Shown: positions 8,255 through 18,237, numbered from the stretch's first letter. The stretch: DNA of 64,000 nt from Candidatus Lustribacter sp. (GCA_965277805.1 OZ255842.1:3616001-3680000), one strand, 5' to 3'. Made by a program: numbers and translations. The notes: generated by a model not told the origin, from the sequence alone.

Positions 8255-9199
8255 CTATGCGAAGCCGGAGGCGATTATTTCTGAGGCCATGACTGGGCGT
8301 TCGATGACTTTGTAGCGCGCTGCCATGTCCAGCAAAGGTTGGATGTAGGCGGGGTTTAGGGATGTGGAGAGTGGGTTGCGCTGCATGGTGTGGACGACGG
8401 CCGGGTCGACTTTGGTGATGCCGGCTTCAACGGTTGCGGACTCGGCTTTGTGGGTGTTGGCCCATTTGCCGGCTTGGTAGAAGGCGGATGCGAGCGAGTG
8501 CGCGAGGTCGGTGTTGGCGGCGATCCAATCGCGGCGCGCAAACCAGCCGAAGATGTAGAACAGTTTTGCGACCGTGTCGAACGGCACGCCGATCGGACGG
8601 ATCGCGTCTTTGTTTTCCGTGAGGAACGGCTCGCCGATCAGCGCCGCATCGACCGTGCCGCGGGTCAGTCCCGGCGTCATCTCGGGGAAGTGGAGCTCGA
8701 AAAACTTTACCTGCGACGCATCCGCGCCGTTCTTCGTGAGCCATTCCCGCGTCGTGATCTCCATCGTCGCGTGCAGGCTGATGATCGCGACGGTCTTGCC
8801 TTCGAGATCCTTGGCGGTCTTGATCGGGCTGTTCTTGGCGACGTTCAGCACCAGGGTCGGTGCATCGCGCGAGGAGAGCGGGCCTCCGGCAAAGTATGCG
8901 AACGGCAAGCCTTTCACGTACGCTTGCGCGATCGCCGTCGGGTCGACCATGCCGATGTCGATCGCGCCGGCCGCCAGCGCTTCGGCGTAGGCGCCCGGGT
9001 TGGCGGCGTGCACGATCTCGTAGTCGATGTTCAGCTTCTTGAACAACCCGAGGTTCTCGGCGTAGTACGGCTGCATGAACGCATCGTCGATGCCCGCACC
9101 GATACGCACGTGCCGGTTCGTTTGCGCGCGGGCGGGAAACGCCGTAAAGGCGAGCGGCGCAGCAGCCGCGAGCCCGAGCGCGTGGCGGCGCGAGATCAT
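8255..9199 (-). CDS. ABC substrate-binding protein, SsuA/THI5-like, Tat signal
   Basis: MISRRHALG twin-Arg; KDLEGKTVA, GTVDAALIGEPF; ATG overlaps Rieske stop. Confidence 0.85.
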   Translation of the reverse strand: MISRRHALGLAAAAPLAFTAFPARAQTNRHVRIGAGIDDAFMQPYYAENLGLFKKLNIDYEIVHAANPGAYAEALAAGAIDIGMVDPTAIAQAYVKGLPFAYFAGGPLSSRDAPTLVLNVAKNSPIKTAKDLEGKTVAIISLHATMEITTREWLTKNGADASQVKFFELHFPEMTPGLTRGTVDAALIGEPFLTENKDAIRPIGVPFDTVAKLFYIFGWFARRDWIAANTDLAHSLASAFYQAGKWANTHKAESATVEAGITKVDPAVVHTMQRNPLSTSLNPAYIQPLLDMAARYKVIERPVMASEIIASGFA

Positions 9200-10473
9200 C
9201 GCGGCACCAGCGTCTTCGTCGCGTCGCGCCAACCCGTCTTGTAGTCGACGCTGTCGGGGATGATCGCCGAGATGACGGCGATATCGCTCATGTCGTTGTC
9301 GGCCTCGCTGCGCACGACGTGCGGCGGCGTTTCGCCCTTCTGCACGCCGCGAATCGCATCGATGATGAGGCGGCGCGCGGTGGTAATGCAGACGTCGCTT
9401 GTGGCCAGATGCTCGCGCGTGCGGTCGTGAATCGGGCCCGGCGATTCGGTCGCGAAGGCGTCTTGCGCGGGAAAGTACGGCCCCATGCCGCTGAACGTCT
9501 TGGTCTTCATCTCATCGCGATCTTGGAGATAGCGATTCGCGGCGTTGCGCACGAGGAAGCCGTCGGGACGGATTTCGCCCGCCATCGTGGCTTCGCTGAA
9601 CTCTTTGTTCGGCGCGTGGTGGCGGTTGAAGACGTAGTCGATGCGCATGTGCGTTACGTCGTCCACCGGCACGTGCCAGTGCGCGCTGTAGCCCTCGCCG
9701 ATGCGGCCCTCGTTGCCGATGATCGCGGCCATGTGCGGCAAGATGTAGTTCGTGATGCGAAGGTAGCGCTTGTCGGGCCCGGCGCGCCGCACCGAGAAGT
9801 TGCGCATCCCGTAGTGCGTCTTCTCGACCTCGAGTTTCGGCGCCGAATCGACCTTGTAGAGCTGATCGGCCGGCACGCTGCCGCCCGGAACGGGCCGCGT
9901 GTCGACCTTCCCGATCGGCACGTGCAGATAGGAGAGATGCGAGGGATCGATCTCGCCTTCGAGCGACTGCAGCCAGTTGCAGTTAAGGAACGTGCGGGTG
10001 AGCAGCCGGTGCTCCTCGCCGTAGCTGAAGAACTCGTAGTTGGGCAAGAGCGGCGGATCGTCCGTGCCCAAATACGCGAAGATCAGGCCGCCGCGCTCTT
10101 CGCACGGATAGGCGAGATGGCGCACTTTGTCTTTGTACGTGCTCTCGGGCGGCTCGGCCGGCATCTCGAGCACGCGGCCCGCGATGTCGTAGAGCCAACC
10201 GTGGTAGAGACAGCGCAAACCGCCGTTTTCGACGCGCCCGTAGCTCAGATCGGTGCAGCGATGCGCACACAACAGGCCGAGCAACCCCGCCCGGCCGGCA
10301 TCGTCGCGGAAGAGCACCAGATCCTCGCTGAGGATGCGGACCGGTTTGGGGGCGCCGCCGGGCGGCAGTTCCGATGTGAGCGCGATCGGATGCCAGTACT
10401 TGCGCATGAACGCGCCGCCCGGCGTGCCGGGGCCGGTCTGCGTGACGAGATCGTTTTCTTCTTTGGTCAGCAT
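9196..10473 (-). CDS. Rieske non-heme iron oxygenase alpha subunit (phthalate 4,5-dioxygenase/LigXa-like)
   Basis: CAHR...CLYHGW Rieske motif; EGEIDPSHLSYLH iron site; GPGTPGG N-terminus. Confidence 0.9.
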   Translation of the reverse strand: MLTKEENDLVTQTGPGTPGGAFMRKYWHPIALTSELPPGGAPKPVRILSEDLVLFRDDAGRAGLLGLLCAHRCTDLSYGRVENGGLRCLYHGWLYDIAGRVLEMPAEPPESTYKDKVRHLAYPCEERGGLIFAYLGTDDPPLLPNYEFFSYGEEHRLLTRTFLNCNWLQSLEGEIDPSHLSYLHVPIGKVDTRPVPGGSVPADQLYKVDSAPKLEVEKTHYGMRNFSVRRAGPDKRYLRITNYILPHMAAIIGNEGRIGEGYSAHWHVPVDDVTHMRIDYVFNRHHAPNKEFSEATMAGEIRPDGFLVRNAANRYLQDRDEMKTKTFSGMGPYFPAQDAFATESPGPIHDRTREHLATSDVCITTARRLIIDAIRGVQKGETPPHVVRSEADNDMSDIAVISAIIPDSVDYKTGWRDATKTLVPR

Positions 10474-10474
10474 G

Positions 10475-11587
10475 TTACACGGCCGCCGCGGCGAGCATGG
10501 CGCGCGATTTCGCGATGCGCGGGAACATGCGCAGCGGGTTGTCGTGCACGATCGCGATCTTGTCTTCGGTGGTGAGCCAGTCGTAGCTGTCAATCAGCGC
10601 CAGCACGTCGTCGGCCGCGGCCTGCGTTTCGGGATTGAAGATATCCGAGCCGCTGCCGGGGACCTCGGTGCCGAACACCATCCGGTTGACGCCGCGCTGC
10701 TTGATCACCGCGCCGAGGAAGTGCGGATCGTAACAGCACGTATCGAAGAACAGGTTGTTCGTGACGTCGACTTTCTTCTTTTTGGGCGCCGCCTTTTTCG
10801 CGATGCCGACGCTGCCGCCGGTCTCTTCACCGCTATCGGTCGCGATCGTGTCTTCGCCGTGCGACTGCTTGACGTAGTCGACCGGTTTGCCTTTGTAGAG
10901 GAAACGGTTGAGCGCGCCGCCGCAGTGGCAGATCACGATGCGCAGCTTCGGATAGCGCGCAAACACGTCGCTCTGCTCGAGCAAGAGCGTCGCGAGCCAC
11001 TCTTCCTTGACGTTGTTGTATTGATAGGAGTGCGGCAGAATCTCGAAGCGCGGGTCTTTCGAGATCGAGGGATGCACGACCAGCGTCATGTCGAGTGCTT
11101 CGGCGCTTTCATACAGCGCGAACCAGTACGGATCGTTCATGCCGGGCGTGAGGCCGTCGGCGCCGGGATCGGGGTTGACCGTTGCGCCGACGAAGCCCAT
11201 GTTCGCGCAGCGTTCGAGTTCTTCGACACAGTTGTCGCTATCGCGGTCGCGGCTCTGCGGCAGCTGCGCGATGCCGACGAAGCGGTCGCCCCAGATCTCG
11301 CACTGCGAATTGATGATGTCGTTGGTGACGCGGGTCCACGGCTCCACCAGATACGGGCTCTCCCAGTGCATCATCGCAACCGGACGCGGGGAGATCATCT
11401 GCACGTCGATGTTGTGCGAATCGAGCATCCGCAAATGTCGGTCGATCGGCCCCTTCATCTGCTGCTCGGAGAGCATCAGTTCGTCTCCCGGCGTGCGCAG
11501 TGCGATCAAGTTGTACGCATATGCGCGAAACTGCGGCGGCGTCGACATATGGCCGTGGCAGTCGATGACTTTCTTGCCGTGAAACAT
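10475..11587 (-). CDS. Amidohydrolase_2 family hydratase/decarboxylase (LigJ-like)
   Basis: IDCHGH, ISPRP, VNPDPG, HCGG, FDTCCY, FGTEVPGS; SD GAGGAG. Confidence 0.75.
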   Translation of the reverse strand: MFHGKKVIDCHGHMSTPPQFRAYAYNLIALRTPGDELMLSEQQMKGPIDRHLRMLDSHNIDVQMISPRPVAMMHWESPYLVEPWTRVTNDIINSQCEIWGDRFVGIAQLPQSRDRDSDNCVEELERCANMGFVGATVNPDPGADGLTPGMNDPYWFALYESAEALDMTLVVHPSISKDPRFEILPHSYQYNNVKEEWLATLLLEQSDVFARYPKLRIVICHCGGALNRFLYKGKPVDYVKQSHGEDTIATDSGEETGGSVGIAKKAAPKKKKVDVTNNLFFDTCCYDPHFLGAVIKQRGVNRMVFGTEVPGSGSDIFNPETQAAADDVLALIDSYDWLTTEDKIAIVHDNPLRMFPRIAKSRAMLAAAAV

Positions 11588-11600
11588 GACGGGAGTCTCC

Positions 11601-12365
11601 TCAAAGTGTTAGGTAATGAGCGCGCAGTCCATAGAGCACGAGATGGGGTTCGACGCGTTCGATGACCGGGGTTTCTCCGCCGATCACCGCCGCAAGACCC
11701 CCTGACGCGATAACGCGGGCATTGGCGCCGATCTCGGCACGGATGCGGGCGACGATCGCCTCGGCGGCACCGATCGCGCCGTACACGATGCCGGCTTGAA
11801 TCGAGGTGACCGTGTCGCGGCCCACGACGATCCCCGGGGCGTGGAGCGCCACCTGCGGCAGCTTCGCGGTGCGTCCGACCAGGGCGTCGAGCGACACTTG
11901 CAGCCCGGGCGCGATCGCGACGCCGGCGTAGCCGCCTTCGGCATCGATCACGCCGTAGGTCGTCGCTGTCCCGAAGTTGATCGCAATCGCAGGCGCGCCG
12001 AGCAGCTCGCGCGCGGCGATCGCGGCGGCGATCAAGTCGGCGCCGACGTCCGCCGGGCGGTCGGTGTGGATCGGCATGATCGTTTGCTTGGCGGCCGTGA
12101 ACGCGATCGGCCGCACGCCGAAGTACTTCTCGCAGCCCTCGAACAGCGGCCGGTCGACGATCGGCACCACCGAAGCGACGACGATCGCCGTCACGTCGCG
12201 GATCGGGAAGTGCGCGGCCGAGAAGAACGAGGAGAACAGGATCCCGTACTCATCCGCGGTGCGGCGCGGCGCGGTCGTGATGCGCCACGTGCCGGCGATC
12301 GCGCCCGAATCGTCGAACGCGCCGAGCTTGGTTTCGGTATTGCCGACGTCGATGACCAGCAGCAT
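11601..12365 (-). CDS. coaX: Type III pantothenate kinase
   Basis: IDVGNTET, VGAD, FGTATT, APG, ASGG; follows coaBC. Confidence 0.9.
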   Translation of the reverse strand: MLLVIDVGNTETKLGAFDDSGAIAGTWRITTAPRRTADEYGILFSSFFSAAHFPIRDVTAIVVASVVPIVDRPLFEGCEKYFGVRPIAFTAAKQTIMPIHTDRPADVGADLIAAAIAARELLGAPAIAINFGTATTYGVIDAEGGYAGVAIAPGLQVSLDALVGRTAKLPQVALHAPGIVVGRDTVTSIQAGIVYGAIGAAEAIVARIRAEIGANARVIASGGLAAVIGGETPVIERVEPHLVLYGLRAHYLTL

Positions 12366-12367
12366 CG

Positions 12368-13561
12368 TCAGTTACGCGCTTCGCGGCGGATGGCGACGAT
12401 CGCGTCCCACAAGCCGGCCGCCAGCACGCGCTTCGACGCCGTCGGCAACGCGCGCCGGCCGGAGTCGCCCCACAGCACGACGAGCGAGCTTTCGCCCGGA
12501 CCGAACCCGCGTTCGCCCGCGACGTCGTTGACCGCGATCGCATCGAGGTGCTTGCGCACGAGCTTCTCGCGTGCGTTCGCTTCGTGCGCGTCCGTTTCGG
12601 CGGCAAAGCCCACCAGGAACATCCCGTTCTTGCGCTCGCCGAGCGCGGCAAGAATATCCGGATTGCGCTCGAGCCGCAACGGCGGCGCATCGTCCGTTTT
12701 TTTCACCTTTGACGCATGCGTGTCCGCCGGGCGCCAGTCGGCGACGGCGGCGGTGGCGATCGCGATCGTCGCGCCGCCCGCCCGGGCCAGCGTCGCCGTC
12801 TCCATCTCGCGCGCGGTCGTCACGCGTTCCACGAGCGCACCGCCGGGCGGTGTCAGCGACGTCGGCCCGAGCACGAGGTCGACCGTCGCACCGCGCGCCA
12901 GCGCTTCGCGCGCCAGCTCGATTCCCATCGTGCCGGTCGATGCGTTGGATAGAAAGCGCACGGGATCGATCGGCTCGCGCGTCGGTCCGGCGGTGATCAG
13001 CACGCGCTCGCCGTTGAGGTCGTGCGTACGGGCCAGCACCGCTTCGATCGCGGCGACAATGGCGTCTTCATTCGCGAGGCGGCCCGCGCCGCTCTCGCGC
13101 TCGGCGAGGAACCCGCTCTCGGGCGCAACGATCGTCACGCCGCGAGCTTCGAGCGTGCGCAGGTTTTCCATCGTCGCCGGATGTTCGAGCATCGCCGTGT
13201 TCATCGCCGGCGCGACGATGAGCGGAATGCGCGCCGCGAGCGCGGCGTTGGTGAGCAAATCGTCGGCGATGCCCTGCGCGAGTTTCGCGATCGCGTTTGC
13301 GGTCGCGGGGACGATCGCAAACACGTCCGCTTCGCGCACGAGCGCAATGTGCGGGATTTCTTCCGTGCGTTCCCACATCGACGTCCACACCTTGCGCCGC
13401 GCGAGCGCCGCGAACGTCGCCGCGCCGATGAAATGCTGCGCTTCCGCGGTGAGGATGACGTCGAGGTCCACGCCGCGCTGCACGAGCCGGCTCGCTAGCG
13501 CGGCAGCCTTGTAGGCGGCGATTCCGCCGCACACTCCGAGCAGCACCCGGCGTCCGTTCAC
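12368..13561 (-). CDS. coaBC: Phosphopantothenoylcysteine decarboxylase/synthase
   Basis: GGIAAYK, PATANAIAK, PAMN, TAGPTREPIDPVRF, GFAAET; GTG 13561 overlaps panC stop. Confidence 0.95.
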   Translation of the reverse strand: MNGRRVLLGVCGGIAAYKAAALASRLVQRGVDLDVILTAEAQHFIGAATFAALARRKVWTSMWERTEEIPHIALVREADVFAIVPATANAIAKLAQGIADDLLTNAALAARIPLIVAPAMNTAMLEHPATMENLRTLEARGVTIVAPESGFLAERESGAGRLANEDAIVAAIEAVLARTHDLNGERVLITAGPTREPIDPVRFLSNASTGTMGIELAREALARGATVDLVLGPTSLTPPGGALVERVTTAREMETATLARAGGATIAIATAAVADWRPADTHASKVKKTDDAPPLRLERNPDILAALGERKNGMFLVGFAAETDAHEANAREKLVRKHLDAIAVNDVAGERGFGPGESSLVVLWGDSGRRALPTASKRVLAAGLWDAIVAIRREARN

Positions 13562-14454
13562 GAAGAAACGCTTTCGTGCAGCACGGCGTTCGTCGGCACC
13601 GCCGGAACAACGAGCTCGACATTGTCGATCAACCGCGTCGAGCCGAGCCAGGCACTGCCGATGGCAAGAAGGCGGCTGTCCGGCCCACCTGTGACATGCG
13701 CGATGTCGTTCACTCCTTCGAACGTAATCTGGTCGACGACATCGAGGTAGGCTTCGCGTAGGGGGGCGGCGATTTGCGCGCGGCCGAACGCGACGATGCG
13801 ATCGCGGTTCGTTTCGCCGCGCGTTACGGCGTCGGCCATCGCTTGCAGTGCGAGATAGAGTCCGGGCGCAGCCGCGCGTTCGGGCGGGCGAAGATAAGCA
13901 TTGCGGCTCGAGAGCGCAAGCCCGTCCGCGTCGCGCACCGTCGGTACCACAACGATCTCGGTCGGAATGCAGAGATCGCGCACGATCTGCCGCAGCACCG
14001 CGACCTGTTGCGCGTCCTTCGCGCCGAAGTACACGCGCTCGGCGCGCGCGATCGCGAAAAGCTTCATGCACACCGTGGCGACGCCGCGGAAGTGTCCAGG
14101 CCGCAACGCGCCTTCGAAACGCGTCGCGATCGCGCCGGGGTCGACGGCCGTATCGAAACCGGGCGGATACATTTCCTCGACGCTCGGCGCGAACAGCAGA
14201 TCGACGCCGGCCGCTTCGAGCTGGCGCGCATCGTCGGCAAACGCGCGAGGATAGCGCGAGAAGTCTTCCGTCGGCCCGAACTGCAGCGGGTTGACGAAGA
14301 GCGACGCCATCACGGAGGCGTTCTCGCGACGCGCTTGCGCCACCAGCGCCAGATGACCGGCGTGCAGGGCGCCCATCGTCGCGACGAGCGCCAGGGGCCG
14401 GGGCAAGCCGGCCGCCGCCTGCGCCGCTTCCGCGGCAGTCCGAAGGGTCTCCAT
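13558..14454 (-). CDS. panC: Pantoate--beta-alanine ligase
   Basis: TMGALHAGH, FVNPLQF, RPGHF, FGAKDAQQ, GLALSSRN, RLIDN. Confidence 0.95.
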   Translation of the reverse strand: METLRTAAEAAQAAAGLPRPLALVATMGALHAGHLALVAQARRENASVMASLFVNPLQFGPTEDFSRYPRAFADDARQLEAAGVDLLFAPSVEEMYPPGFDTAVDPGAIATRFEGALRPGHFRGVATVCMKLFAIARAERVYFGAKDAQQVAVLRQIVRDLCIPTEIVVVPTVRDADGLALSSRNAYLRPPERAAAPGLYLALQAMADAVTRGETNRDRIVAFGRAQIAAPLREAYLDVVDQITFEGVNDIAHVTGGPDSRLLAIGSAWLGSTRLIDNVELVVPAVPTNAVLHESVSS

Positions 14455-14456
14455 GT

Positions 14457-14750
14457 TTAGCCTTTGATCACCCGCAGTATCGTACGCCCGACCGTGAACG
14501 CTTGCCCGACCGCCAAGGGTTGCGGTGATGCGACGGGCCGGCCGTCAACCTGGGTACCATTGCGGCTAGAGAGATCTGCTAGCTGGAGATCGCCCGCTTC
14601 CTCGTAGAGCTTCGCGTGTTTTCGGGAAATATACCGATCTATAGTGATACAGGCGCCCGCTACGGCGTCATCCCGGCCGATGGTGATCTCTTGCTCGAAG
14701 GTCCATGTCTTGCCGTCGAGCGGCCCACTCATCACTTCCAAGACATACAT
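14457..14750 (-). CDS. Stand-alone FHA domain protein
   Basis: ITIGR, ISRKHA, DLSSRNGT. Confidence 0.85.
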   Translation of the reverse strand: MYVLEVMSGPLDGKTWTFEQEITIGRDDAVAGACITIDRYISRKHAKLYEEAGDLQLADLSSRNGTQVDGRPVASPQPLAVGQAFTVGRTILRVIKG

Positions 14751-14806
14751 CACTGACCGCCTTCGCCCGCGCGCGACCGGCGGTCCTCTCCAAACGAAAT
14801 GACTGT

Positions 14807-15007
14807 ATGACCGAAGACCTTGCCGCCGACATCGACCCCGACGGTCTGCGTGAAGCCGAACTCATGCAAGCGCGAGCGATGCTGCAGCGCCTGGTGGGCC
14901 GGACGATCCGCGATCTGCGGGTGGAAGAGACGCGCATCGCGCTCGAAACCGACGATGGCGTGACCTACTACTTCTATGGCTTCATGGGCGAGGACGTCCC
15001 GGAATAG
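14807..15007 (+). CDS. Small acidic hypothetical protein (66 aa)
   Basis: MTEDLAADIDPDGLREAE...YYFYGFMGEDVPE; fills gap, GC3-rich codons. Confidence 0.6.
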   Translation: MTEDLAADIDPDGLREAELMQARAMLQRLVGRTIRDLRVEETRIALETDDGVTYYFYGFMGEDVPE

Positions 15008-16242
15008 ACCGCGTCGGCAGCCAGGATCGCGCCTAGAGCGGTGTGCTCGGCGACGATCCCGCCCTGCAGATAGACGTCCCATGGCGCGCGCAGCGGTGCG
15101 TCGCACGACAGATCGATCGTGGACCCGCTGATGAACGAGCCGCTCGACATGATGACCGGGTCGGTATATCCCGGTACCGGCCCGGGCTCGGGCATGAAAC
15201 GGGCGTTGATCGGCAGCGCCGATTGCAGCCCGCGCGCAAAGGCGATCAGCGCCTCGCGCGAGCCCAGCCGAATCGCCTGCACGATGTCGGTGCGCAGTTC
15301 GCCCGGCAGCGGATCCACCTCGTACCCGAGCAGCGCGAACAGCGAGGCCGCAAAGTCGAGCCCGCGCAGCGTTTCGCCGATGACGAGCGGCGCGTAGAAG
15401 AGCCCCTGCATCAGCGTGCGCCCGAAGCCGAGCGAGGGCCCAAGGCCGGCGCCGATGCCGGGCGCGAACACGCGGGCCGCGATGCGATCGATCAGCTCGG
15501 TGGTGCCGGCGATGTAGCCGCCGGTCGGCGCGAGCCCGCCGCCGACGTTCTTGATCAGCGAACCCGCGATGACGTCGGCACCGACTTCGAGCGGTTCGCG
15601 TTCCTCGACGAGTTCGCCGTAGCAGTTGTCGACGAAGACGATCGTGGCCGGCGCGTGCTCGTTGCAGACGTCGACGATGTGTTCGATCGCCGCGATCGAA
15701 AGCGAACGCCGCGATGCGTAGCCGCGCGAGCGCTGCACGAAGAGGACCGCCGGCGGATCGTCGCGCAACGCCTCGGCCAGCGCCACGAGGTCGGGCTCGC
15801 CGGTGAGCGTGCGCCCGACCTCACCGTACTGCACGCCGCGCGCGACGAGCGAATGCGGCGCATCGGCCAGCGCGTAACGCAGCGTGTCGTACGGCGCGCC
15901 GTTCGCGCACAAGAGCAATTGCCCGGGAACGAGCAGCGCGTCGAGCGCGGCGACGATGGCGTGCGTACCGCTGACGATCGACAAGCGCGCCAGCACGCGC
16001 TCGGCGCGAAAGACGCGCGCCAGCAGCGATTCGTAGCGGTCGCGCGCCGCATCGTCATAGCCGTAACCGGTCGAGCCGGCCAAGTCGCTTTCGGCGACGC
16101 CTTCGGCCAGAAACGCATCGAGCACGCGCATGCGCACGGCGCGCCGGCGTGGGTCGTGTTCGTTCAGGCGCGCCAGGGCCGTCTCCGCCGCCGTGCGCAC
16201 CTTCGGAGCGACGGTCCGGCCGCCGAGGATCGCATCGATCAT
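14974..16242 (-). CDS. YnbB-like PLP enzyme (methionine gamma-lyase/aluminium-resistance family)
   Basis: STGYGYDD, SGTHAI, PYDTL, QRSRGY, FVDNCYGE, GSLIKNVGG. Confidence 0.9.
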   Translation of the reverse strand: MIDAILGGRTVAPKVRTAAETALARLNEHDPRRRAVRMRVLDAFLAEGVAESDLAGSTGYGYDDAARDRYESLLARVFRAERVLARLSIVSGTHAIVAALDALLVPGQLLLCANGAPYDTLRYALADAPHSLVARGVQYGEVGRTLTGEPDLVALAEALRDDPPAVLFVQRSRGYASRRSLSIAAIEHIVDVCNEHAPATIVFVDNCYGELVEEREPLEVGADVIAGSLIKNVGGGLAPTGGYIAGTTELIDRIAARVFAPGIGAGLGPSLGFGRTLMQGLFYAPLVIGETLRGLDFAASLFALLGYEVDPLPGELRTDIVQAIRLGSREALIAFARGLQSALPINARFMPEPGPVPGYTDPVIMSSGSFISGSTIDLSCDAPLRAPWDVYLQGGIVAEHTALGAILAADAVYSGTSSPMKP

Positions 16243-17453
16243 GGTTTGGCCAGTTCCATCGCTTCATACATCCGCACGAACGGCAGATAGATCGCGCCGG
16301 CCACCAGGATGTTCAGCAAGAGCAACGGGATCGCGCGCCAGTCGAGCGTCGTGAGGAACACGTTTAGGAACAACGGCAGCGTTGAGGGCAAGTAGTAGAT
16401 CGGCGCGCGCACGAGATGAAACCACAGCGCAGCATACGTCGTGCACACGAGCGCGAGCGGCGCGAGCAAGTACGGGATACCGAGTATCGGATTGTAGACC
16501 ATCGGCAAACCGAACATCACGGGTTCGTTCGTGTTGATCAGCGACGGCACGAGCGTGGCATAGGCAAACTTGCGCAAACGCGGCACGCGGCTGCGCAACA
16601 TGAGCAGCACCATCGGCAGCGTGGCACCGCAGCCACCCGGGAACACGAACATGAACGTCGACACGGCGACGTAGTGCGGCAAGTCATGGCCTTCATGGAA
16701 CGCGGCGGTGTTCTGCACTTGGAAGTTCAGGTACACCGGCAACACGATCGCGGCCAGCAGCGCCGGTCCGTGAATGCCGAAGAGCCACAGGAACGATTCG
16801 ATGCCCGCGATGAGGAAGAGCGCGACGAAACTGTCGCCCAGAAATCCGAGCGGCGCGAGCAACGCCGCAAGCAGCGCCGCGACCGATACGTGCGCCGCGA
16901 ACAGCAGCGCGGACACCGCCGCGACGGCGACGATGCCGATCGCGGTGCCGCCGCTACCGGCAACGTACCGGCGCGCGAGCACGATCGCGCCGGCCGACGC
17001 GAGACAGCACAAGATCGCGGTGAAGAGCCCCGACGTGCCGAGCGTTGCGGCCAGCACGGTGAACGACTTCCACACCGCGCGCGGCAACGCGAAACCGAAC
17101 GCGCACATCGCCGCGCCGAGCACGGCACCGATCGGCAAGACCAGGCGTTGCGCCAAGCGCACCGCGAGCACGAGCAGCAGCAGGATCGACATCACGGCGA
17201 AACCGCCGGGAATGCTGAGCTTCAGCCGATTGACGAACGAACCGGGTTCGAAGAAGACGATCAGCACGCCGAGCGCGATCAGCAATCCGCCGAAGCTGAT
17301 CGGCAGCGCTTCCCGCAGCGCGAGGACTGCCGGCGCGTTGCCGAAGCGCTGGGCAAACGGCGCAACGCGCCGCTCGAGCCAGCTCAGCCCTTGGACAACA
17401 CGCGGTTCAGAGCCGTCTGACGACTGCCTCGACGCGTCCGACGACCGTAACAT
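16239..17453 (-). CDS. PTS EIIC component, cellobiose/lactose (CelB/ChbC-like) family; start uncertain
   Basis: LWLFGIHG, GGCGATL, NTNEPVMFGLP, IYLPFVRMYE; longest ORF overlaps lexA by 47 nt. Confidence 0.8.
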   Translation of the reverse strand: MLRSSDASRQSSDGSEPRVVQGLSWLERRVAPFAQRFGNAPAVLALREALPISFGGLLIALGVLIVFFEPGSFVNRLKLSIPGGFAVMSILLLLVLAVRLAQRLVLPIGAVLGAAMCAFGFALPRAVWKSFTVLAATLGTSGLFTAILCCLASAGAIVLARRYVAGSGGTAIGIVAVAAVSALLFAAHVSVAALLAALLAPLGFLGDSFVALFLIAGIESFLWLFGIHGPALLAAIVLPVYLNFQVQNTAAFHEGHDLPHYVAVSTFMFVFPGGCGATLPMVLLMLRSRVPRLRKFAYATLVPSLINTNEPVMFGLPMVYNPILGIPYLLAPLALVCTTYAALWFHLVRAPIYYLPSTLPLFLNVFLTTLDWRAIPLLLLNILVAGAIYLPFVRMYEAMELAKP

Positions 17454-18048
17454 CGTCGACGTAGATTGGCTCCATAGTTCGATTCTCCGGCTGAAGCCGG
17501 ATGCGATTCGCTTCGCGGTAGAACGTCTTCACGGTTGCTTCGCCCTCGATCATCGCCACGACGATCTCGCCATTGTTTGCGGTGGGCTGGGGTTGGACCA
17601 CGATCAGGTCGCCGTCGAGGATCGCAGCGTCGACCATCGAGTCGCCCTTGACGCGCAACATGAACGAACCGCCGCCCTTGCCCACAAAGCTCGAGGGCAA
17701 CACGAAGGTATCTTCGAGGTTCTCGGTCGCCGTGATCGGCACACCGGCCGCGACCCGGCCCACAATCGGGAGAGAGATCGTCTCGGGGCCGGATTCGCGG
17801 CGTGCCGGTGGTGCTACCGCACGCAGCACCATGTCGGCCGGCACCAGGGCGCGGGGCTTCGTGGGATCGCGGCGCAATAGGCCGCGGCGCTCCAACGTCT
17901 TCAGATGGGATTGGACGGTCGACGACGAGGACAGCCCAACGCGCTCGCCGATCTCGCGGACGGACGGCGGGTAGCCCATTTCAGCCGTAAACTCGCGGAT
18001 GACGTCGAGGATGCGCAGCTGCTTCTCGGTCGTTCCTCGATCGATCAT
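17407..18048 (-). CDS. lexA: SOS repressor LexA
   Basis: GYPPSVREI, GRVAAGVP cleavage site, GDSM, EATVK; SD GGAGG before ATG 18048. Confidence 0.95.
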   Translation of the reverse strand: MIDRGTTEKQLRILDVIREFTAEMGYPPSVREIGERVGLSSSSTVQSHLKTLERRGLLRRDPTKPRALVPADMVLRAVAPPARRESGPETISLPIVGRVAAGVPITATENLEDTFVLPSSFVGKGGGSFMLRVKGDSMVDAAILDGDLIVVQPQPTANNGEIVVAMIEGEATVKTFYREANRIRLQPENRTMEPIYVDDVTVVGRVEAVVRRL

Positions 18049-18176
18049 GGTTCCTCCGATCGGCGGCAGACCCCAAAACTTCAACGAAGCTCATCGGTAG
18101 TGCCACCCAGTAGGCACAGCGTTAGCGCACGCTGCCCGTATTGGGTCCGATCCTAGCACGATTGCGTCCCAAAATG

Positions 18177-18190
18177 CAAACGTATGTTCG
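18177..18190. promoter_or_regulatory. LexA (SOS) box 1
   Basis: Minus strand CGAACATACGTTTG matches B. subtilis CGAACRNRYGTTYG. Confidence 0.85.
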
Positions 18191-18199
18191 AGAGACATC

Positions 18200-18229
18200 T
18201 TGACGCTTGCCCGGCGGCGGGTGTATCAT
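18200..18229 (+). promoter_or_regulatory. Sigma70-type promoter of the LysM gene
   Basis: TTGACG-18 nt-TATCAT, flanked by the two SOS boxes. Confidence 0.7.
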
Positions 18230-18237
18230 CTGGTGGA

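Noticed and set aside
12368-14071. 567-aa extended CoaBC
   Set aside because: The extension overlaps panC out of frame; homology begins at GTG 13561
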